Shown here piece after piece: positions 55,681-64,000 of a stretch of DNA of 64,000 nucleotides. Position 1 is the first letter of the stretch, and every line of letters starts with the position of its first letter. The notes beneath the pieces were generated by a model. It was given only the letters and a program-made list of their open reading frames with translations. It searched no databases and was not told the DNA's origin. The DNA is from Candidatus Omnitrophota bacterium. GTDB lineage: Bacteria; Omnitrophota; Gorgyraeia; DTHP01. Both the position numbers and the translations under genes were made by a program. The stretch lies in assembly GCA_023819145.1 (NCBI GenBank), contig JAMWCW010000001.1:2400-66399 (forward strand), written 5' to 3'.

Positions 55681-58600
55681 ATGTTTCCCTGTAAGAGGAT
55701 ATATCCCCTTTGCGTATGGACGATATTAATAAAATTTAAAAAGTTATTAATATTAATTAAGATGAAAACAATAGCTGTAAAAAGAAAACTGGTAGCCTTA
55801 GTCATTCTAGAAATTCTTCTATATAATCAGTTTGCTTTTGCATATGACCCAATAAAAGGATTTGTCCCATTTGAGCCGGTTATATCGGAAGGGAGAATTA
55901 ATGCAGGTGGTATAGATTATATAACGCAACCCTTTCTTCTTACTTTTCCTTACGTTCCAGCACCTGCTCAAGGTCCAAGCTACACAATAGGGGGAACTTT
56001 CGTCCTCCCATCTGTCGAACAACCTTATTCAATGATAGAGTTTGCAAAAATCATTGAACCGTCTTTTATCCCAGATTTATCATTTCTAAATTCATTAGGA
56101 AATAATCCAGATGTCTGGAAAGATGTTTTTAATTATGATGGCGGTCAATACCTCAATATGATTAATACTGCCCGAAGGTTATTTACAATGGATAAAGATT
56201 ATATTCCGATATTCCTATTTGAAGATTCTAGAAGAGTGAAAAACGTTTCCGAGTGGAAAAGTATGGTTTCGCGAGATGAGGCCTATTTACCCCACGAATT
56301 TTTTGGAGGCATTGTGGATTATGATGGTTTTTCGGCTGGATGGGAAAGAACCATAGAGATGGATAATGGTATGGTTCTCCAACAGCGAAAAACATTATTT
56401 CAGAAAGACAAGAAAAAATGGGATATATACGGATTTACCGATTTAGGAAATGGAGAAGAATTCTTTCTTATAATAGAACAAAATAATTTTGAATCATCTA
56501 TAACTTCTTATATTGCGGCCAGAACTCCCGGGAATGGGCTTACGCCAATATATGAATTCTGCAGGAAGAATTTCCAATTGAATAAACGCACATCCGGATA
56601 TGTAAATAGCTATGATACAGAGATCTTTATCAGGCCTCGCGGAGGAGGAAGACAAAATATTGGCTTGAAGGTTACCGTAGAAGGAAATGTTAATAAGAGG
56701 AGAACAGACGGTTCTATTTCCGAGTTTGATTACAGATTATTGACTGAAGGTAGCATATCTATTGATGGTAATAAAATCCCAATTAATAGCGTGGTAGAAT
56801 ACAGAGACGTATGTTTGGACGAGAGATTTTCCGTGCCATTTTCTTATAGGCAGTCCGGTTATTCAGAAGGGAATATGGGTTTAGATTTTGCGACCTATTT
56901 CAAAAGAATAAGTCTCAGCGAGGAATTATTTGTTGATTTTAAGATAGATGGTATAGTTGCTTCTGATCAAAGCCAGAAATCTATTACTTATGTTAGACAC
57001 TTTTCTGATTGGGATTTAATATTGGATATTTCCAACGTAGATCTTGATATGAAAACTATTTACAGTCTATCGCGCCAAGATTTACATGATATTTTTAATT
57101 CAAGTGCAAAAACCAATCTGAACCTGCGGAGTTCTTCAGGCGATAAGGCATATTCCCTTAGTTGGTACGGAACGTCATCTAGCATAAGCATGACGGGACA
57201 AAGTACCAAGATGATTGATCTAGGTTACAAAGCCACTTTGTCCAACTATACCATTTCTGTTGCCCAAAGAGCATCATTGTCTCTGGGTAATTTATTTAAT
57301 GAGGATTTTATGATAGATAGCTTTATAGCTAATTTAGAAAAAAATGTGCCTAATTTTAGCACAAATACACACACTGAGGTCATAAGCCAGACATTTAAGT
57401 CGGGGAATAAAGTAATTAGTATTAAAACGGCCTATCTAATTGATTTTAAAAATGGCCTTACGACAGTTCAGACTACAACAACAGAGATAGAAGCAAATGA
57501 TGAAGCTGAATATTTGAATAACCTGCTATCAGGCAATGGTGTAGTTAAAAGGATTTTATTGAAGAAATATTCCCAGTTGCCGACTAAGGTAGCGAATGGC
57601 ACATATCAGTACAATCAACTATCATCCAATAACGTAGTTTTATATGCTAACTATGTTGATAATGATGGAATTATTGACGGGGTATTACTTGATTATAATA
57701 AACAAACAGCGGAAATTCTCAGTTCTAAAGGCGAGGGTAACATTGGTTTTAGGCAATATAGTCGTTTACCTTTGAAATCCATATTGGGCGACAGCCTTTA
57801 TGAATTAAAACAATTAAAACAGTTTATAGAATCCTCCCCCGCGGGGATGGAGAAAGCGGGAATTTATAAATATGACCAGGATAACTACGCATTCCAGAAA
57901 CTGTGGGAAATAACCAAAGGAGAGGATGGCAGTTATACTTACTCTGTCCTGCCGGTACTTAATTTTCAGGAAGAAACCCCGTATTTGTATAATCTTCTAA
58001 AATATACGGGACAACTGGAAAAGTTTCTGAACGGTGAAGAAGTTACAATAGACCTCGTAAAAGAATTAAATGATAGAGCAAAAGAAATTGGAGCAGGCAG
58101 AGATAAGGCAAACGGATTTATTCATAGTCTCATCGAATTCTGGGGTAACTATAGGAGAGTTTTATTCAACGAAATGAGTCTTTTGGGAGCCAGCGTTGTT
58201 AATGGTTACAACGGATCTGATTCCCGGGATTTTGTTCTTAAGATAAAATTAGGAGATGTAAGTACTTTAAGTAGCTTAAGGGAGAAGAAAAGGATAACCG
58301 TCATGCCACTATTCGAGGAGGTGAGCGGAATAACTATTATTGAACAGGGGACGGAGATGGGTTCGGTATTAAAGAGAATAGTCCTCAAATCCTCAATGCC
58401 ACCCCAACCTAAAGATTACTTTGACTTCCTATATAATTATTACTTAACCCATACCGTGGAACGGGAAAGGTGGCAAGAAGGTTACGTTATAAATAACGGG
58501 ATTGAGGAAGTTTATGATTCCCAAAACAGACTGAGGATTCGTCTGCGAATACAAGATGGAAGGGTTGTTGATATAGAATATCCAAATCCAAATATAGAAT

Positions 58601-60909
58601 CATCCCCAGTTTTGAAGTTTATCAATGGTGATATCGTGCAGCCGGGATGGAATTCAATCTATGCTTTGTTAGGGAAAGAATATATAATGGGTGCTTTGAG
58701 GCATTTAGATGAAGAAATAGGAAAATTTACAGGAAAATATAGAGGCGTAGAAGGCTTAAAATTAGCCGAGGAAGAAGGCGTAATTTCGGATTACATAGTT
58801 CCGTTATTTGGCCCTGCGGGGAAAATTATGAAGATTAGTCCGGAAACCCTGTTAATAATTTTAGGGAACGCAATAATCATTAATAGGATAGGAAAGATGA
58901 TAGCATTTGAACTTGTTGAAGAGGATGGTAAATATAGAGTAAATATTACATTGAGAGATTCTAACAGAATTATAGAGGCAAAAAGCGGTTTATTACCACC
59001 CGCTATGCTAGACCCCGAAGCTTGGGGCCCCTCGGTTTATAGATTTATGGGTTGTACCCGTGGTTTTGTAGATATGCTCAGCAAAGGATCCGATGTATAC
59101 TTAAGCAACATAAAAGATATGTTAGTTTTTCTGCAAAGTTTTGTTACCGAAGGTGGTCCGGGAGGAGACAACCCATTTTCTTCATGCAATATGTTAGAAT
59201 ACCCCAATGATGATTATTTCAGGTTTCAGGAATATGGTTTAAACGAGAGCACGATGGCATTGGGGATTTCGGAGCAGTTTTTTAATAAAATAAGTGAATT
59301 CAACTATTATTGCAATATTTCAAAAGTTGCAGACCAAATAAAGGATAAGAGGAATGAGTGGATTACCCTTCCTTCCGCTGGTAGCCTTTCGGATATATTA
59401 GGAAGTTATTCCTTAGAAGGTTTTAGGATATTAAATGATTGTATTTCCGGTTTAGTATTGGGGGGTAAAGGAACTGGTTCTGCCGCTTTTAGAGTGGGCG
59501 CTTCAAAAATTTATATGGTTGATTCTGCAATAGCATACGATGAAAACGGCATCGGAGATTTGACTTACATAAATCCATATACAACAGAATTTGAATTCGG
59601 TGATGATAAACCACATCCTCCAGACATGTATCGTCCCGCAAACAAAGATGGTTTCATACAGTGGGTTAACTCAATACTTTCAAAAGAGCTTCAACGGGAG
59701 GACGAGGTCACGAGAAGCAGGATTTTTGATGCTTTATGGGAAGTTTATCAGTTTGCCAAAAGAGAACATAATATGGGTATATTTTATTATTATTTGAGGG
59801 GGGCAGGCAATAGTGGATATGAAAGCGGAACAGAGATGTCCAGGTTGATGGTTGCGGCCGATGCCGAAGGCCAAGAAGGGCCTTTGCACGATGTTGCAAC
59901 TATTATGACTATCAGGGATGGCAGACATACCAGCAAGCCAAATATTGCAAAATATTTTGGCATCTGGAGAGATTATTTTAAATATCTAGTGTTTCCAGAA
60001 ATGGGAGATAGCTGGGAACCTGCAAGCGGACAGCTTGTTCTTAAATCTAATGAAATAAAGGTGAGCTGGGATTTAATTGGGGCAGTTGCTGCTACGGTGG
60101 CAGTGTACATTTTGGATAGAACAGGAGTATTGGATCACACAATTCTTCCATGGATTAGTGCAAAGCTAGCATCAGCCGGCTTGGGCGGGGTTGCCAAAGT
60201 AATTGGATGGGGTGTTAAAGCAGGCGTGGGTGGCATAAGAGGCAGTAGCATATTTACTTTTTTCTGGGGTTTACCCCTTATGTTTGGCCAGTCAGGAAGC
60301 GTAAATTTTACAACTTGGTTTAATTCACTAGGCGCTCAATTCTGGACTGGTTTTATGTATTCAGTGCTGTTCGGTTTGTTTTTTACGCCTGCGCAGTTGG
60401 GCATTGGAGACATGGCTCCACTTATAAGCTGGGTGGGAAGGCCTTTTTCATGGGCATTAGAACGCATAGGAGGTAGCATATCACCATATAGCTCTGCGTT
60501 AGGCAGTATGTTTAATTTTGGGGCTAAGAGTATCAGGGCTCTGCTCAGCTACGGAAACGCTTTACAAGGCCTTATTCAAGGACCCAGAGGCGCTAGTTTA
60601 ACTAACTGGAGGTATATATTATACTATCATCCCACTGAACTAATGGAAGAAACACTAATACCTGCCGCTATTAAAACCATGTTTAGAGATGGCTCACAAA
60701 ATCTATTGTTTGCCTCCTCGCCCATGGTTAGAACAATTAGAAATCTCGCTATCGCGAACTTGATTAATACCGAGACATTTGGTGGCATGGCCGAGATGCT
60801 CGATTTTTTTGAGAATCCCTTGGGCTTAGTTCTACTTCCTGGAATAATGAAGATTTTTAGAAATTATGGATGGTCAGGAGTTGTGGGTCTTCGAGTTCCA
60901 ACTGATTAG
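55681..60909 (+). CDS. Large secreted hypothetical protein (likely start ATG 55762) with hydrophobic Gly-rich C-terminal region
   Basis: 1,742-codon ORF; signal ending AFA; beta-rich N-half; several Gly/Ala-rich hydrophobic segments after ~60060. Confidence 0.75.
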   Translation: MFPCKRIYPLCVWTILIKFKKLLILIKMKTIAVKRKLVALVILEILLYNQFAFAYDPIKGFVPFEPVISEGRINAGGIDYITQPFLLTFPYVPAPAQGPSYTIGGTFVLPSVEQPYSMIEFAKIIEPSFIPDLSFLNSLGNNPDVWKDVFNYDGGQYLNMINTARRLFTMDKDYIPIFLFEDSRRVKNVSEWKSMVSRDEAYLPHEFFGGIVDYDGFSAGWERTIEMDNGMVLQQRKTLFQKDKKKWDIYGFTDLGNGEEFFLIIEQNNFESSITSYIAARTPGNGLTPIYEFCRKNFQLNKRTSGYVNSYDTEIFIRPRGGGRQNIGLKVTVEGNVNKRRTDGSISEFDYRLLTEGSISIDGNKIPINSVVEYRDVCLDERFSVPFSYRQSGYSEGNMGLDFATYFKRISLSEELFVDFKIDGIVASDQSQKSITYVRHFSDWDLILDISNVDLDMKTIYSLSRQDLHDIFNSSAKTNLNLRSSSGDKAYSLSWYGTSSSISMTGQSTKMIDLGYKATLSNYTISVAQRASLSLGNLFNEDFMIDSFIANLEKNVPNFSTNTHTEVISQTFKSGNKVISIKTAYLIDFKNGLTTVQTTTTEIEANDEAEYLNNLLSGNGVVKRILLKKYSQLPTKVANGTYQYNQLSSNNVVLYANYVDNDGIIDGVLLDYNKQTAEILSSKGEGNIGFRQYSRLPLKSILGDSLYELKQLKQFIESSPAGMEKAGIYKYDQDNYAFQKLWEITKGEDGSYTYSVLPVLNFQEETPYLYNLLKYTGQLEKFLNGEEVTIDLVKELNDRAKEIGAGRDKANGFIHSLIEFWGNYRRVLFNEMSLLGASVVNGYNGSDSRDFVLKIKLGDVSTLSSLREKKRITVMPLFEEVSGITIIEQGTEMGSVLKRIVLKSSMPPQPKDYFDFLYNYYLTHTVERERWQEGYVINNGIEEVYDSQNRLRIRLRIQDGRVVDIEYPNPNIESSPVLKFINGDIVQPGWNSIYALLGKEYIMGALRHLDEEIGKFTGKYRGVEGLKLAEEEGVISDYIVPLFGPAGKIMKISPETLLIILGNAIIINRIGKMIAFELVEEDGKYRVNITLRDSNRIIEAKSGLLPPAMLDPEAWGPSVYRFMGCTRGFVDMLSKGSDVYLSNIKDMLVFLQSFVTEGGPGGDNPFSSCNMLEYPNDDYFRFQEYGLNESTMALGISEQFFNKISEFNYYCNISKVADQIKDKRNEWITLPSAGSLSDILGSYSLEGFRILNDCISGLVLGGKGTGSAAFRVGASKIYMVDSAIAYDENGIGDLTYINPYTTEFEFGDDKPHPPDMYRPANKDGFIQWVNSILSKELQREDEVTRSRIFDALWEVYQFAKREHNMGIFYYYLRGAGNSGYESGTEMSRLMVAADAEGQEGPLHDVATIMTIRDGRHTSKPNIAKYFGIWRDYFKYLVFPEMGDSWEPASGQLVLKSNEIKVSWDLIGAVAATVAVYILDRTGVLDHTILPWISAKLASAGLGGVAKVIGWGVKAGVGGIRGSSIFTFFWGLPLMFGQSGSVNFTTWFNSLGAQFWTGFMYSVLFGLFFTPAQLGIGDMAPLISWVGRPFSWALERIGGSISPYSSALGSMFNFGAKSIRALLSYGNALQGLIQGPRGASLTNWRYILYYHPTELMEETLIPAAIKTMFRDGSQNLLFASSPMVRTIRNLAIANLINTETFGGMAEMLDFFENPLGLVLLPGIMKIFRNYGWSGVVGLRVPTD

Positions 60910-60917
60910 GTAAACCT

Positions 60918-62393
60918 ATGAAAATAAAGCTTCTTATTCCAGCCTTATCTTTAATATTATTATTTATTACCAGCAGTCCTTCTTCTGCGGAGACGGAACG
61001 GGTGGCACATGAAGATGCGGACTTATTAAACAAATACATTCATATAATGCAAGAAAAATCTCTTTATTTAAAGGGAATTCCTTCCTCTGATATCAACATA
61101 AAATTACCCGTTGATGTAAATTGTGAATATTTAAATTCTTTCTTAGGTGAAATTAGGAGAAAAGGATTACCAATAGGAGCATATAAATTGGATAAAACAA
61201 ATGATATTGAGAAATTGCCTCCTCCTTTTTTAACGTATTTAAATGGTTCTGGCTGGGTTATTGTAGTAGATAAATCGTTATCCGGCTATATCATCAAAGA
61301 TAATAAAACAGGCGTAAGTCGAGAGATTTCACAGAGTAAATTTATAAGCAGTTGGGTTAATATTATTTTATCTCCCTTGTTGTGTGGTACATGGTTGTGG
61401 CAGTACTGCCAAACAGAAAAAGAGGCAAACGATTTTTATATTATTTATTCCTATCATGATGAAGATTTTGATAGTATTAGGAAAGCCTTAGATGAGATTA
61501 TGGACTTAGCAACAAAGAAAGGCAGAAGGTTAGTATATATAGACGAATTGGGTTTGATTCCGCTTGATACAGTAAATAACTATATAAAAATTTATGGCTT
61601 ATCCGAAAAGGAAGCATTTGATAAGATAAAAATCGCCATATCAGAAGAGAATAAGAATATAGAGAAAGGTATCCCGCTCTATGATTCTTTAGATACTTAC
61701 AGTAAAATTTATAACTATTTAGCGGAACATAAAATAAAAGTAATTACAGAAGATTTAGAATATATTAATTGGCGTAAGATAGTTTTGCTAGATTATTTAA
61801 ATAATCTGCAGTTTGCGGTTCGTTCATTCTTTTGCGGGAACATAGACCTTTATCTAGATTTTATTAAAGACTACAATTATGGTTACTGGGAGTATAACAT
61901 AAAAGAGAGAGACAACAATTTTATCCAACAAATAGAGGCTGTTATAAAAGATAATCCTGAGGACTTATTTTTTACTATTAGAGGAATTGGACATTCTGGT
62001 TTAGAAGAGATGTTGACCAAAAGAGGGTTTCAAGTCAAGTTTATTGTCCTTGGAGAAGGATTTACAATCAATAATCTTACATATAAACATTTTATTCAAT
62101 TGTGCAATAATATAAATGTATATCTTGGCGATGATAAACAGCTATATATCTTTAGCCTTGTTCAAGAATATTTACGGAACTATTTCTTCATATTTAGGAA
62201 ATTGAATTCTAGAATTGCAGTAATAGAGGCCAATAAGCTAATTGAGAAAATAAATGTAGATGATATCTTAGCTTTAAGCAAAGCTATTTATGAAAGCATT
62301 AAAGATTCCGGATTGTTACAGGATGAGCAGAAAGTTTCCAAATATATATATGATTGGGTTGTTTCAAAGATCGGAATTATAAATAAAGAATGA
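60918..62393 (+). CDS. Secreted protein: degenerate C39-like domain plus TraB/TIKI(EreA-ChaN)-like domain
   Basis: PPPFLTYL...KFISSW (C39-like); YSYH, YIDELG, KERDNNF...FTIRGIGH. Confidence 0.55.
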   Translation: MKIKLLIPALSLILLFITSSPSSAETERVAHEDADLLNKYIHIMQEKSLYLKGIPSSDINIKLPVDVNCEYLNSFLGEIRRKGLPIGAYKLDKTNDIEKLPPPFLTYLNGSGWVIVVDKSLSGYIIKDNKTGVSREISQSKFISSWVNIILSPLLCGTWLWQYCQTEKEANDFYIIYSYHDEDFDSIRKALDEIMDLATKKGRRLVYIDELGLIPLDTVNNYIKIYGLSEKEAFDKIKIAISEENKNIEKGIPLYDSLDTYSKIYNYLAEHKIKVITEDLEYINWRKIVLLDYLNNLQFAVRSFFCGNIDLYLDFIKDYNYGYWEYNIKERDNNFIQQIEAVIKDNPEDLFFTIRGIGHSGLEEMLTKRGFQVKFIVLGEGFTINNLTYKHFIQLCNNINVYLGDDKQLYIFSLVQEYLRNYFFIFRKLNSRIAVIEANKLIEKINVDDILALSKAIYESIKDSGLLQDEQKVSKYIYDWVVSKIGIINKE

Positions 62394-62578
62394 GAATAGA
62401 GGAATAAATACTATTGATTGGTTAATTAACAAAGAAAGAGTAGTATTTCTACCTCGTAGGTGGACACGATGGTCACTTGCGAAGTGGCGAGGTTTATCTT
62501 CCCCGAAGATTCAAAACAACTTTCTTTATAAAAACCAAGTTTATGGTATAATAAAAAATTAAAAATAAAAAATAAAAA

Positions 62579-64000
62579 ATGAGACGGTTTTACTTAACTT
62601 TTATTTTTTTAATCAGTGTTCTATTTAATTTTAATTCTTTAGCTCTTTCTGCAATTTCTCCTTCCGAGGAAGTAAGAGAGATTTCTTTTCAGAAAAATCT
62701 CTCTTTTCTTTTCTCAGAGTTTAGCAAGTCTCTGGGCAAAGAAATAGAATCTCTCTATTTTGAAAGTCAGTTAGGTTCACTTCCTAACAGCGTTATTTAT
62801 GAGCCGTATATTAAGCATATACTTGAAGTTTTTAGAAAGAAAGGGATATTCTTACATGCTTTTAAAATTACTCCAGAAGAAGAAAATATCTCGGTTCTTA
62901 AAAAAAATGGTTCGCCGTTTATTGCCTATTTAAAAGATAAGGGATATGTTTTAGTAAGAGAGATTTCTGCTGAAGGAATTGTTTTATGGATTGAGGGTGA
63001 AAAGCTGCTTATTCCTGAGAAGGAATTCTTAGAATCTTGGTCAGGTTATATTTTATCTTTACCTTTAGTAAATATAATGGCCGAAAGGGTAAGGGATGAG
63101 CGGGTTAGAGGTGGTCGGTTTATTATTGCCTATGCATACCATAAGGAAAACTTTGAGAAATTAAGGCCAATTTTAGATAAGTTGCGCCAAGAGGCAGATT
63201 TTTCCGGCAAGAAACTTATCTACATTGATGAATTGGGGCTTATTCCCAAAGAGTCAATAAGAAAGACCCAAAAGACTTATAAAATAGAAGAGAAAGAAGC
63301 ATTTGAACGTGCAAGCAAAGCTTTGGCCGAAGAAGTAGAGCGTTTTTCTCGGGGGGTTTCTACCTATGACGAAAATCCTTTCTATCAGGCACAATATTCA
63401 TATTTAGCAAAGTATAAAATTATCTCCTATATGGAAGAACTTGATTATGCTAATTGGCGCCATATTGTGCGTTTTGACGAGTTAAATATCCATAATAAGG
63501 CAATAAATGCCTTTTGTCGGGGAGACCCTAGAGGGTATGTTAAGAAACTTAAAGAATACAATCAGGGTTTTTGGCTCTATAATGTTAAGGAGCGTGATGA
63601 AAATTTCCGCCGGCAAATTAAAAGAATTGCTCAGGGAAACCCTCAAAGTATTATCTTTACCTTGAGGGGAATAGGTCATTACGGCCTGGAAGAAAAACTT
63701 GATTTAGAGGATTTTACCATTGAGACTTATGTAATTAGTGAACGGGGTTTTGAAGAAAGTTTTATTTCTGACCAATTGTGCCAAGTTCTTGATAACAATG
63801 GGGTAGAAATTTCTCCTGAGGAAGAAAGAATCTTAATTTTAAGGAGTTTTCCTGAAGAAGCCTTGCGCACCTATTTAAATAAAGAGGTGGAAGATTTGAC
63901 TGTTACTACTTCTCTTGCCAAAAAAATCGTAGGGAGATTAAAGGAAAAGGAGATTAAGATTCTCTCCCGCGATATCTCTTATGCTTTTGCCAAAGAAAAG
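62579..64000 (+). CDS. Paralog of 60918-62393, runs off the window end
   Basis: Manual translation: MRRFYLTFIFLISVLF...SPFIAYLKDKGYVLV...EFLESWSGYIL...YAYH...YIDELGLIP...NVKERDENF...FTLRGIGHYGLEE; no stop before 64000. Confidence 0.8.
   Translation, partial: MRRFYLTFIFLISVLFNFNSLALSAISPSEEVREISFQKNLSFLFSEFSKSLGKEIESLYFESQLGSLPNSVIYEPYIKHILEVFRKKGIFLHAFKITPEEENISVLKKNGSPFIAYLKDKGYVLVREISAEGIVLWIEGEKLLIPEKEFLESWSGYILSLPLVNIMAERVRDERVRGGRFIIAYAYHKENFEKLRPILDKLRQEADFSGKKLIYIDELGLIPKESIRKTQKTYKIEEKEAFERASKALAEEVERFSRGVSTYDENPFYQAQYSYLAKYKIISYMEELDYANWRHIVRFDELNIHNKAINAFCRGDPRGYVKKLKEYNQGFWLYNVKERDENFRRQIKRIAQGNPQSIIFTLRGIGHYGLEEKLDLEDFTIETYVISERGFEESFISDQLCQVLDNNGVEISPEEERILILRSFPEEALRTYLNKEVEDLTVTTSLAKKIVGRLKEKEIKILSRDISYAFAKEK

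Noticed and set aside
1638-63679. Numerous 60-130 aa antisense or off-frame ORFs inside long genes
   Set aside because: Shadow ORFs fully nested in well-supported CDSs, without motifs or RBS

Overview
AT-rich bacterial chromosome segment; the gene style (giant signal-peptide proteins, degenerate C39-like domains, YdbH/YdbL) suggests Candidatus Omnitrophota/PVC, but this is inference only. 1-8 kb is housekeeping and signalling: MBL hydrolase, doubly frameshifted truD, ydbH plus a YnbE-YdbL fusion, a rare tRNA-Leu(AAG), a FIST/histidine kinase/REC-GGDEF operon and tRNA-Glu(CTC). 8-53 kb is a co-oriented beta-1,2-glucan locus: GH94 phosphorylase, CBM11-like proteins, four GH144/GH189-like (clan GH-S) domains (one inside a ~3,800-aa giant protein), an OpgG/D (GH186)-like domain and an OpgH/Cgs-like glucosyltransferase. 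The most unusual observation is six consecutive genes at 40.5-52.9 kb (the glucosyltransferase, YvcK/CofD-like protein, ROK kinase, PGI, NagB, PRPP synthetase). Five of these enzyme families are normally cytoplasmic, yet all six proteins carry an N-terminal hydrophobic signal followed by a shared RR[ILQ][KRL] tag, a candidate undescribed export/host-delivery signal. The window ends with repeat-bounded nucleotidyltransferase/MNT-HEPN cassettes and further large secreted proteins. All family calls rest on motif recognition by eye; no searches were run.
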